Source of the DNA: Moniliella sp. 'wahieum'
Lineage: Eukaryota
Length of the DNA: 64,000 nt
Assembly (NCBI GenBank): GCA_003971905.1
Contig: RSEE01000063.1
Coordinates: 248,001 to 312,000 of the forward strand
Reading direction: 5' to 3'
A program made the translations under genes and the position numbers. Positions within the stretch are counted from its first letter, which is position 1. The number at the start of each line of letters is the position of its first letter. Positions 12,641 to 24,336 of this stretch are shown piece after piece. Under the pieces are notes generated by a model that made no database searches, was not told the origin of the DNA, and worked only from the letters and a program-made list of their open reading frames with translations.

Positions 12641-13826
12641 GCATAACAAAAGGATCATCGATCTGCTCGGTCATGGAGATCAAGATGGCCACAATCGAAT
12701 TACCCGGATCGGTGCTGGAGCAAGGGGGGGCAAAGCATCGGCTTGGTGATCCCATCTGCAGAGTCATATATAGCGGTGCCGGGAATGTGTTCTCGAGTGG
12801 CACGACTGCAGCTAGAGGGCATGGTACCAGTAATCGAGATGAATCATCTGCAGGCAGCCTATGATGCCGACGCGGACCGCGTCAATGCAGGCGGTTTGGT
12901 TGTGGCTGCAGATGCGCATAGGATAATCGGTCCATAATATGCCAAACTCGACAAGCACTTATTTCGTATAGGTATTTGGCCTGTGCTGTAGACCCTCCCC
13001 GTCCCTCACATCTGCTGCCGCCGTGAAAGAGAAGGAACAATTGGTCTGACGGGGCGACTGTTTCCCATAAGCCTGTGGCACTCACCGTAGGAAAGAGACG
13101 ATACCACTGATGTTGCGACCGTCGCAAGCGTCAAAGTTGAGGCCAACGTGCAGAAGGAGCGGGTTCCAGATCTGGTTGGGGGCCAGGCTCATCACCGAGT
13201 AGCCGTGCATGTTCCAAGCCGCCTGCTGATGTTATTGCTTTTGGATGATAGTGAGCCGATGAACCGACACAGAAGGCGAACCGCGTAGCACATGTCAGGG
13301 CAGGTGCCGGTGATGCGAACCAACCAAAAGGAACCCGAAGACGACACGAGGTATGCTCTGCTGGGGAATTTTCAAGGTCTCCTCGTCGGCTGATCGGGGG
13401 CACGAGAATAAAAAGAGGTCGGGGGGTGGATCAGGACACGATGCAGGTGGGACTTGGGTACACCGAGAACTTGCGCACGATCGAATCGATGAAGGAACTG
13501 CAGCTCATACTGTGGATCATAGTGTACCCTCCGTTGGGTGTGGGGGTGTAGAGGGCGCTCCGAAAAGTCTCACTAAGCGTCCCAAGGCAACAGGCAATGG
13601 TCCGCGCCACAATGGTTAAACTGGAATTCACCTAACACTGAGGGAGGACTGAACGTTCAAGTTGAACGTTTACAAACTGTCGGCTGGCTTGCCTCGCAAT
13701 CACGTGACGTGTTCTGGCTGTCCTGGCCTGCTCGTGGTTGGTAATACGTAAGCCGCAGTTCGATCCCGCCTGCTCCGGCGCAAGAAACCAAGCGCCAGCG
13801 CTGAACCACCCACCACCACTGTCGAC

Positions 13827-14657
13827 ATGCGTCCGCTCCTGGCCCTCGTGTCCCTGGCCTGCGCTCTGCCTGCTCTCGCTAGCGGTGCCATTCTTGCCTA
13901 TCCCGGGACACGCCGCGGCCTTCCCTCCCCACCCACTGCGCTTCAAGTGGAGGCGCGGGAAATGGCCCAGAGCCTGGCAAGCATGTCCGGCGCATGCACC
14001 GACGCGTTCTTGCTACTTGAGTTTGACGAGGTATGCTTCTCTCCCTTTTTGCTACTTCAATAGTGAAGTGCGCACCGTGGCTGATAGTTTCCCAGTTTAC
14101 TGCACACACGCTTGCTGCCCGCCCGGCGAGCGACCCTGTAAGCAACAGGTCCTTGCTGCCCCTGAGGGTGGGCCGCATACACTACCGGCACCAGTCCGCT
14201 AAGCGATGAGCTGGCTCGCGCTCTGGACCTCAAGTGCGGTTCGATTTCGTGGGCTTCCGTTGACGTGGCCGATGTCCAGGCCATGGGGGGTCTCGGGGCT
14301 CTGGCTCCCACCAAGCACATTCGTCTGCAAGCCGACTTGACGCAAGATTCGCCAGCACTGGCCCAGATCATGGAGGAGTTTACCAACCTTTACGACGATG
14401 GAACTGTGCTTTTGTCTGAGCGCCAGCCCGTGGCGCGGATGTCCAAGCGCTCCATCCCAACAGCTGCCAAGGCGCCAGGAACGTTCATTTCGCAGTACCA
14501 GTTCTTCACTTCGGACCTGCTCTTGGCTGTGGGCGTGGTATTGACGCTTTTCGTGCCTCTGGTTTGGGTCTTTATCAAACTGCTCTCTGATATCCAGACG
14601 CCCGATCGTCTGGGGGAGAAGTCAGCTTTGACCCAAATGGCTAAGAAGGCACAGTAA
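13827..14657 (+). CDS. Secretory-pathway type I membrane protein, Voa1/Big1/Ac45-like; intron from ~14031
   Basis: Signal peptide MRPLLALVSLACALPALA. The C-terminal YQFFTSDLLLAVGVVLTLFVPLVWVFIKLLSDIQTPDR resembles the Big1/Ac45-Voa1 TM signature. GTATGC donor at 14031. Confidence 0.7.
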
Positions 14658-15461
14658 AGACATAAACCCGTACGTGCGGGGGATTGGATGCGGTTGAGTC
14701 CATATCTCCTGGGGTGCTGGTTTCCCAGCTATGGAGCTGGCAGCATTTGAAACGAGGGAGAGGGGGTACATGCCGTTGCAACGCAGGTACTGGGGGGAGA
14801 CGTGATTACAGTGCAGCTCGTATAGGGGACTGCAGGAACTGCAGGAGATGATGCTATGATTTAACCCCACTTGTCACTTTCGTCCCCACTCGACGGGAGC
14901 AGTATTAGTAGCATCTTCGATGCATTTGCTGGACCAACGAATCAGAGAAGTGGCCATGGCGCCTGTAGCCGGTAGGCCGGAGGAGAGGCTGGGGATGTGA
15001 TGCTTGGGTTGGGCGTAGTAGCGACATTAGGGGCAGCTGCCCGATGCGTTTGCGGCTTGGGCGGACACGCTTGTGTGGTGCCGACGGGGCCAGCGGAGAT
15101 GGGCGGGGGACGGGTGGCGGCTGGGGCAGAGTAATGCCAGTGACGGCCACTTGTCAGGCCAGGCGGCATGTGGCGTGGAGCGGCTGACAGGCGCTGGGCG
15201 CTGACATAAGAATGTGGCTTGGGGCTACGTAACGCGGGAGGCGCCCCTTGCGGCCGTCGCAGACCAGCAGACCCTGGCAGCCGGTCAGGCGGTACGAGTA
15301 AGGCCAGTTAGGCCAGGTTGCGCCACCAGCCCCCCGCGCCTTCTCTCCTGCCCGCCTGGCCTGATGCGCCCCGCCTCCCCCCGCCGCTTCTCTCCCCGCA
15401 TCCACCACCACCTCCGCCTGCGCCCGCCCCCCCTGCTCGCCCCAGCAGCGTGGGAGGCATC

Positions 15462-18400
15462 ATGTCGCTCGACGGGCCGCTGGCCTCCGCCTCTCCCGTG
15501 GCTGCCCTGCCCTTCCATCCCCTCCGCTCCCTCCTCGTCACCCTCGTCCGCAACGCCCAGGCTGTCACCACCGACCCCGCTACCTGGACGGGCGTCACCG
15601 ACTCCCCCCTCTCCCACAGGGCAAGGACCAGGCTGCGGCCCTTGCCTCCTACTTCTCCGCCACCCCGATTGCTGCCATCTACTCATCCGACCTCGCGCGC
15701 GCCTCCCATGTCGTAGATGCCATCACCGCACACGCGGCACACGCCACCCCGTGCCCATCGTCCTTACCGCCACCTTGCGCGAGCAGAACTTTGGTGCTGC
15801 TGAGGGCAAGGCCTGGTCCCTGGACGACGCGCCCGGTGGACAGGGACACTCCCCCAGCTGCACATCGCTTGGCCAAGTTTCCTCGAGGCGAGTCGCTGGA
15901 GGAAGTCAACGCTCGCATGGCCACTGCCGTCCGGCGTTACATTTTGCCCCGAGTCGAGTCGTTGCGCAAAGAGCCACCATCAGCGCACTATGCCAGTGCT
16001 CAGTCCCTGTCCGGAAACCACATCCCGCGCGACGTGGTCCACATTGTCATCGTTTCTCATGGCATTGCCCTGGCTGAGCTAATGCGCGTCTTGCTCAGCC
16101 TTCATGATGCTGCGCCTCCAGGTATGGCTTCCCCCTGGCCAGACCCTCGTCTGAGCTACACACAGAATGCCACCCATCACACCGGCTGGGCCCGCGTTGA
16201 GATTGCAGTCCCGGCCCGAATGCCCCAGGCGTTCCCACCCCCCCCATCGCAAGAGGCTCTGCAGGACATGGCCGCTGCTGCCGCCCAAACGGCCCAGATG
16301 AACGCCCAAGGCGCGATCTTTGGACGGACTGATATGGCCAACCCATCAGCTGGGCGCCACATTTTTGTCCGCGTTCTGGAGCAGGACAATACCGACCACC
16401 TCGCTGGGTTAGAGTTGCCCCACATGGGCGATCATCCTCTGACGACGATATTAGGCGGCGGGCTTCCCCAGTTCCCTTCGGGGGATGGTTGCTCTTACGG
16501 ATACCAGTCAGCTTCCATCAGGCTACAATGGCATCGTCCCCTTTCCGCCTCATTCACAACCCAGTGCAGTTTTGCCCTCTCGCCTTTCCCTCCAAAACAA
16601 TCCCACATTGATGGGACTGAACAGTTACCGCACTGCTGGGAACAATGCCTATGATGTACGCCTCCTCGCTCGCGAATTGGGAGATGTCTCATCAACTGTG
16701 GGTGATGGGAGTGTTTTGGTGGCGACACTTTGAGCAGCAGTTATGGCGGCCGCCCCAGCTTCAGCCCGGATACGCCGTCACGGATTGCATCTCCTTCCCT
16801 CGTAAACAGCTCGATATCCCGAGGAATGACCCCTTTACCCAGCCTTGCATCTCCTCGGACCGGACCGCGCAGTTCAACCTCGACTCCTCTTCCGTCGCTT
16901 GTTTCTCCATCATCAACCGGGTACGCCTCTAACAGCTGGAGAGCGGTGAGCTCCAAAGTGCTCCCGCTTTTTGCAGGGAATGGGACTCGGATGGTGTTGG
17001 ACGAGGTGAACAACCAAGTCTGCCTTCATTTTCGCCGCCTTGCCGAACGAAGGCCTGCCCGGGCTTTGGAAACCTTTATCGGTGAGGTGACGGCCTTGGT
17101 AACCGAGGGCGTCGGGATGCTGAATGCGCGCCTAACGGCACTTCAGGGTTTGGCTCTTCTTACTGCCATGGCCCAAGTCTGGACGGAGTACTGGCAGCAA
17201 GTTGTGCCCTATGTCGAGGCAGTCTTTGTGTCGATTTATTCCGAGCCCGCCTTTGCCCGACTCGTGGCGAACAGCAAAACCAATATTCTGCGCGTACATG
17301 GGGGAGCTGACGTTCTCACTGAACGTACCCAGCGCGAGAATATGGAGGGAGACACCCCCCATACCCTCCCCCCCCTTCGGTGCGATCCAGCCCAAGCTAG
17401 AGTTGAATGTGCGCCATTTGTGTCTCCAAGCGTTTCGGGACGAAGTGGTGTTGCCACGGGCTGAGCAGTTTGATGTGCCTTTTTGCGTACATGCGAGAGT
17501 CTTTCGCTAGTGCTACTGTGGCAACACAGGCGAACCCATTTCGTTTGGACCGCGGGAAAAATCCATCGACGCCGCGCGCTTCGACGCCTCGCCCTGACGA
17601 TTCAGCAGCGCAGAGACGAGCGCAGCTTCTGCAGATGATTGGACTCTGCTCCTCTCTTCTCACTGCCGATGCGCACCAAAAGGCGATCCGGGCGTTGCGC
17701 TCCGTTCTGCTCCAGGGTGCACATCCTTCCACTATGGCCGTCACGAGAACTGTGCCAGCAGGAAACGGCTCCAGTCAACCGCACTGCTCGGTAGATCTAC
17801 CGCGTCTCCTTCGCCCCGTCCCCCCGATCTGCTGGGACGCCTACTCTGGCAGGTCTAGGTTTCAGCAACCCTTCAGGCGAATTGGCGCCAGCCTCAACGA
17901 GGCCAAGAGTACGGTAGATTCCCGTGCCCGCTCGACCTCCAATTCTACGGCTGCTACTGGGTGGAGCACGGGATCCAAGCCCCCGATTTCCGTACCACCA
18001 ACACAGGAACCACAGTGGACACCTCGCCAATTCCCTCGCTGATGACTTGGACTGGGCCTGGGTTGATGTCGGGGACGAGCGTCAAGTTACAAACAGCAGC
18101 GGACGCCGCAGCTACAGCCACTGCAGCCCTCTCGTCTGGGACTGGGTGCCAGACGCCAACACCCACCCACACTCTTCTTCCTCCCTCCCCTGCCCTCTCG
18201 CGGGGCATGATGGGTTCTGGTTCGGTGCGGGGTTCTGGGCGAAAGAGCTTAGGACCCTCGACTACAACGAGTAGCAGCAGGCATGTGTCGCAAGGCTCGG
18301 ACCTGACCCCGGTCCAGTCTGGTCTGCCCCGCTGCCTGGCCTGGCCTGCAAGACCGTGCCTACTCGCTCGCCGCCGCTGCGCCGGCCCCATTTGTCGACT

Positions 18401-18736
18401 GCGTTGCACCACTCCATTTCGCATGCACTTGCGCATCCTGCCGGCACTCTTGGGCACCCTCATTCCCCTTCCCTCTCGCACTCGCATGATTCCCCCTCGC
18501 ATTCCCTCTCCCATTCCCATTCCCAGTCGCACTCGCATTCGCACTCGCACTCGCATTCTCATTCGTCCTCTCACTCCCCCATTCCCATTCTCACTCGCGT
18601 TCCCTCTCCCACCTTGTCCATATCCCCCTGCCCCTCTCTGGGCGGCACGCGGACCCGGATCGAGGTGTGGACGGCACAGACACTACCCGCTAAGAAGAGC
18701 GGGGGGACGCTGGGCTCTCGATCTTCTGGACGCTGA
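15462..18736 (+). CDS. Histidine-phosphatase (PGM-like) domain followed by an HbrB (Bit61/PRR5-like) domain and Ser/His-rich tail; multiple indels
   Basis: VTLVRNAQ...DSPLS, IYSSDLARA, LREQNFGAAEG, GESLEEV and IVIVSHG form a PGM fold. Then WRAVSSKVLPLF...LDEVN...VWTEYWQQVVPYVEAVF, LNVRHLCLQAFRDEVVLP and QLLQM fit HbrB. An (HS)n tail ends at ~18736. No obvious intergenic gap between the domains. Confidence 0.7.
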
Positions 18737-19143
18737 TGATGGCTTGCATGCCCAGCCGTGTTGCCTTGCATCGATGTACATTACTTACGACCATGCTACC
18801 TACCTTGCCTACGTTTGCCTTGCCCCGCATATGTATTAGCGCCCCCTCTGGGATCTGAATCTGGATAGTGCTTGGTTCCTTTCTGGAGGCAGCACTCAAG
18901 TACCTCACCTGGATTCTTCACTGGTGGAGTCTGATCGTGACCGACTGTGTGCGAGCACGGACCACGTGCTGCTAGGGATTAATGATCGATTAATGGTTAA
19001 TCGGGGTAATTAGCTCATGGCCATCTTAACCAATGAGCGATAACCGAGATGACGAGGAGACCACAGGGCCGTAGGCCCGGTCAGCTGGGGCTTTTCGTCC
19101 CAGATTGGTGCTGCGTCGCCACCGTCGCCACCGTTCCGCCGGT

Positions 19144-19285
19144 CCACACGCGCTACCTCGGGTATGGGAACGGATGGCGGGCACCAGAGGGTCCTGATCT
19201 CCTGGCGATTCCCCTGGTTCCTTAAGCGGGGCTGGCGCTACCAAGCAGCACATGCAAGCTGAACGGGGGTCGGTTTAGGCGTAGC
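19144..19285 (+). repeat. Diverged ~140-bp dispersed repeat, copy 1 (partner 53734-53875)
   Basis: ccacacgcgctacctcgggtatgggaacggatggcg...gagggtcctgatctcctggcgattcccctggttcctt aligns with ccacacgcgcttcctagggtacgggaacggatggcg...gagggtcctgatatcctggcgaccccctggttcctt. Confidence 0.8.
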
Positions 19286-19535
19286 TGTCAGCGCCATCAT
19301 GCATGCAGCTGATCACGCATCACGCATCGCGCTGTTCTATCCGACTCTCTCTCTATGTTCTGCCCCTAACGGGCTCCTCTCTTGGAATAGATCCATCACC
19401 TCCCTCTGTCTTCTTCTTTCCGTAGGCTTTTGTCCTCGCATTTAACAGTAGCGTTTTAATTCTTTGTCCCAGGCTTAAGCCCTCTCAATGATGTGGATGC
19501 AGTATAGATATCCCTTGAAGACAAACTCCGTTTAG

Positions 19536-22272
19536 GCTCGCCCAGGCGATCACAAGCTCCATATTATGATCGAGTGTACTCGCATCAGGTCGATCAGTAC
19601 CAGTACGCAGTACTGAACAGAGCATTTTCTTCGCAACGGGACGCGGCTCCAGCAGGACCCTGCCTGGACGGATCCGGAATGGTCACGTAGCGTGCATGAA
19701 GCACCAGAACGAATGTCGTTGTGCACAACAGTCAATTGCGCAATATACAACCCCTGGATGAAACACGACATATATATAGAACGCACAGGATTATAGGGTA
19801 ATAGAGGCCCTCATAGCTGAAACGGATGGAGATGCTGCGCTGATGGATTAGTAGCTGTGGCCATGATGGGCGGGGGATTGTAGCTGTTGGCGCAGTCAAT
19901 CACATGTTCCTGTGGAATCATCTATCGAAGATGATCGATGGCTCCCACCTGGAGGCACTACACTGTTCATGTTGTTCACCAACTCACTATATGCCAAAAT
20001 GCGTATTGAACCGCGTCCATCCGTCCCTGCACGGTGCAAGTGTCTTCTCTATATGATTATAGAGACCCTGCCTCTGATCTCTGTTTGGAACCTACACTGT
20101 TCGACCTAGACTGCCTGTTTTTTGTGGTCAAGGTGTGGTCAATTCAGCTATGGTATAGCTGTGATGCGCAAATGGGGGCCAGCGGGGACTGGCGCTGGAG
20201 CTTGAGTTGAAGCCTGATACGCAGTCATGTGTATATACGCCCTTCGCCTCATCGACATCAAGTGGCCCAAAGGGATGTATGGTGCCCGCACCATATCCTA
20301 CTAGTAGCCATGAGTGGTGCTGTCTGTTGCGTCTCGGGATAAAAGAGATCATGCATGGTGTGCGGGTGCATGGTACAGTGCGGGTGCATGGTACAGTGCC
20401 CCCCCGCCTGCCAACATAAAAGAAAGCGTGGGTGCGGGGCCCCAGCTGCTAGTCATTACTGGCTTTCCTCGTCCCGTTTCGTGACGGCCACAACAGCGCG
20501 CAGCTGCCACCGCCCCACGGGGACACTCCACCGATATTTGCTCCACTGTGTACTAAGCCTGATCCCCAGCCATCGCCACCCTCCCCCTCTGCCTGGCCAC
20601 CGTTGCTACGCCCAGTCTCACAAAAGCGTATACTATTCACCTACAACGGCGCAACCACAAGAGCACAACTGCCTCTGGCCCCGGCGCTCACCACCCGCCG
20701 GACCCCGCAGGACAACAGCCTCGGGTAGTTCCAACAACCGGCCCCAGAACACAGCGACACCGTGCTGTGCCAGCACTGGACGCGTCCCGTCTCACAATTC
20801 CCAGCGCGGTCTCATTCTGTGTCCAGTCTCCAACCCAACAGCCGGCACGCGCCCGAAAAGGATAAATAGCGCGCCGAGAGCTCCTCCCTCCTTCCTTTTT
20901 TCTACCCCCACATCCCTCCTCCTCCAAGCCGATTGCCTTGCTTGGCGAACTTCCTACACTCCAGCCTGCTGCTGCATACACGCCCCAGCCCTCCTCTCCC
21001 CACGTACGTTCTCTGCGCCTGTGAGGTCCCTGGGGTTGATCACCAGCATCTTCGTCTGGACTGCTGCTAACAGTTGTCATATCAGCTCTTAGGAACACAT
21101 TATGTCCAACTACCATCAGGACGGAGGCCTGCATCGCCACGCGTCGTACGACAGCGAGCCGACGATGGTGCCAGATCAAGAGCCGCGGGAGCGTGCGGCG
21201 GCTCTTCCGTGGGGCAAGTTCGACTCGAAGGACCACCGGCAGGCGATTCTGCATGCGCTTTATATGGAGAAGAAGAAGAATCACATTCGTTCCCGCACGT
21301 TGAACGAGCGTCGCGCCACGATCAAGGATATGATGGAGCGGAAAAAAAGCAAGAGCGTATTGAGGCGCAAAGGAACCAGGAGCGACAGATGGCGTACGAA
21401 ACGGATGCCAAACCTCTTTTTGCTGCTCTGGCTCGCCGCCCGGACGTGGAGGCCCGACAGGGTGCTGTGGTGGCCCGCTTGAACAATGCGCTGGTCCGGC
21501 ACAACCGCAAGTTGCCTCGTGGTTTCCTGCGCGCCGATCCCATCCCAGTGGGATCGGCTACCATGCCCACCTTACAAAACAAGCTCCAGCAGCTTGAGAT
21601 GTCCTCAAGCAGCTTTCCATTCACACGCGCAACAACAACCTTGGTGTGCTACCGCCCCCTGCTCGCAATTGGAACGCCAATGGGGGCGACTCGAATGCTA
21701 AGCACTTGGGCCCTACTGCTTAAGCGTTTGGCACTACTCTTTTTTTCTCCTCTCTTTTTGGTCTTTTTCGGGGTCTCTCCATCCGCGCGTTCAATATGAC
21801 TTGTCTTCCGAGCTTCGATATTGGGTGTGCATCTGTAGAGGCTAATGACAGAGAGAGGAACGGGAATGGTAGTCAGACAAGAAATTGTGTGTTGGGAGCT
21901 GCCATAATGGGATGATCGAGAGATGGAACCAGTGAAGATGAAGACGGTGGACGGTTCGACAGGTTTCCCGTACTTACCTCCGCCCCGCCTTCCACCTGAT
22001 AACTGCAGCGAAGGCATTGATAGCGTGAGTCAATGGTGGGGCCGATGTGGGTTAGCCGTTCGAGGTGTGCATGGCGATGGGTTGGGTTTTTACGTCTATG
22101 CCGTCAGTCATCCACGGCCATGTCGGAGCCACCTTTAACTGATCAAACGTTGGTTCAGCATCCAACCGCTTAACCCCTGTGTTAGTATTACCTCATGGCC
22201 TTTCCTCCTGCCATCATGTGTAGCCGCTGTCTAGTAGCTCCATATCGTGCCTCCTTTGCCCATGCTCCTCCT
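19536..22272. repeat. Right arm of the ~2.75 kb inverted segmental duplication (partner 9866-12640)
   Basis: Reverse-complement match to the left arm. It carries an 18-bp tandem duplication (gtgcgggtgcatggtaca x2, ~20360-20397) that is absent from the left arm. Confidence 0.95.
21102..21723 (+). CDS. Orphan protein, copy B (frameshifts in the A-run at ~21345 and downstream)
   Basis: MSNYHQDGGLHRHASYDSEPT... paralog of 10437-11056; stop TAA at 21721-21723. Confidence 0.55.
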
Positions 22273-22781
22273 CCACCACAGTCAGATGAAGAGACTTATC
22301 TGAACTCGATCTGAACCCGTCTCGAGGTTGGCAGGTGAGTCCGGGTCGGCGCTGTGGCTGATCCGCACGAAGACATCAAAATGTATTCTGCGTTTTGTGT
22401 ATCACGGCAGTCTCTCCCATCATCCACACTACTCTGAAGTCTGTGAACTCGACGAAAACTGCCCGGACGCAGTGAGCACAATTGTGACACCATGTCATGA
22501 CCACGCGCCGCAGGTTGGAATGACCTGATGGTCAAGGAGCCCCCCCCCCCAGGTACGAGAGCTGGGGGCGGGAGCGGGACCGACGTCCACGGGGGCTCAT
22601 CGAGGAGGACTTTCAAAGTTCACGCTGGGGCAGCACGCTGGCCACTGGTTTGCCCCATAGATAGAGGCGGAACCAAATTGGGGCGGAAGGCTTAATTAGT
22701 AGGCGCCCAGGCATTGCGGGCAGGCCACCTGTTCACGACGGTGGCGCCGACAAACAGCAACCCCACCAGCTCATCGCCACC

Positions 22782-23355
22782 ATGCCAGCACCCGTCGATG
22801 TCACGTCGGCCCGCGAACTTGACAGCCTGCTTGCCTCGGCCGGGAACAAGCTGACAGTGATTGACTTCCATGCGTCGTGTATGTGCCCTGCTGCGATGTG
22901 GCCGACACCGACAGTGTACTGACAGGAACCCCCGTTGCGATCCTCGTCTCCTCCTCCCCAGGGTGCGGTCCCTGCCACGCCATTGCCCCTGTCTTTGCAC
23001 GTCTGGCGCAAGCCAACTCGGGCCTGTTCCTGCGTGTAGATACGGACCAGGTCCCGGATCTGGCTCAGCGCTACAGCGTCACCGCCATGCCCACCTTTGT
23101 CTTCATCAAGAACAAGGCTGTTGTGGACACGCTGCGCGGAGCGGACGCCGCTGGTCTGCAGAGGCTCATCGCCAAGCACGCCACGCCCACCTCTTTTTCT
23201 GGCAGTGGGCATACGCTTTCAGGTACTTCTTCTTCGGCTGCTGGAAGGGGGCGCGCGACACCCATCACCCCAGACTTTTCCTCCTGGTTGAGTTCCGTCC
23301 ATGCCTTCCCCTCTTCCTCTTGGTTGTGTACGGCCTGTACGTGATCAACATGTGA
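22782..23355 (+). CDS. Thioredoxin with SHP-box-like motif and probable C-terminal membrane anchor; intron 22879-22961
   Basis: VIDFHAS-W|CGPC after splicing, YSVTAMPTFVFIKN, LRGAD, FSGSGHTL. A hydrophobic end LFLLVVYGLYVINM* lies in the adjacent frame. Confidence 0.85.
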
Positions 23356-24336
23356 CGATGGTGTGTGGCGCATTGTCTCCCGCAACTGTTTGCATTGTAT
23401 TCTCATTTGACTCTTTTCACGACCACTCTTTTGGCTTGCCTTGGTAGAACTGAGGACCACACCTCCATGGCCTCTACGCAGCCCGTCTGAGAATGTGAAT
23501 GCTGCCTAACCTCTCAGCGCCAGGGACTCGTCTTGTGGGTTCGATGGATACCTTGCAAATCCCAACATTCTCCTCCCAAACTCAGCTGCGTGCCACGTTG
23601 AAGCGATCTTTGCCAGTTTTGCGTTCTTGTTCCCATGATCTGCATGATCAACGCTCCGCCTCATCCTGGCTGCGGCTGAGTGCCATATCTCAGCATCCCA
23701 GATTCGAAAATATCTGCGTTTTGAATGCAGAGCCCACCATTACCACAAGTCAAGGAAGGTTCTGAGCTGCAGTCAACTCTCTTTAGTTAGTGGGGATGAC
23801 CCTATCCTCTCCCGCTTCCCCTGTGATTATGAATGCAGAGCCAGTCTGTCGCCGCAGGCCTTTCCGGGATAGTTCAGTACCAAAAGCTCTTCGATAGAAG
23901 TAAGCCGGAGAACTTCACTTCACCTCTCTCCGCTCCTCGCTGTCTCCCCCAACGAACAATCGACGAAGACGCCATTGAGCATAAGATATCTTCGCTGCTC
24001 GCTGTGCTGACTATGCCCTCAACGTTCAACAAACGTTGAACGTGTTGAACGCCGCCCGGCTATCTAGGTTTACTGGTTACCCACGAAGGGAGGGGAGCGG
24101 GAGAGCCGCGCTTGCCGTGCAGCAGAGCGAATGCCAACCCTTCAATCCTCCACTGAATGTGGGGCCATACCCCTGCACCGCCCTAAGTACTGCCACATCA
24201 CTCCGAAAGCCTCTTCCACCCTTACTGCCTCGTGAGTTCTCTTCCTAACCTGTGCTCTGACTCCGCTATGTTGTGGATGCAGTATCATGAGGTGCGAATT
24301 GACCAAAAATTATACAGGGTACAATGAAAAAGCGCC

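Noticed and set aside
12650..13630. Possible intron-rich minus-strand gene inside the inverted segment
   Set aside because: I could not build a credible ORF or find a motif.
9866..22272. Inverted repeats as TIRs of a giant DNA transposon, or a mating-type locus
   Set aside because: No transposase or TSD is seen and the arms include host TRR1 promoter sequence. I found no pheromone-CAAX, STE3 or homeodomain gene.
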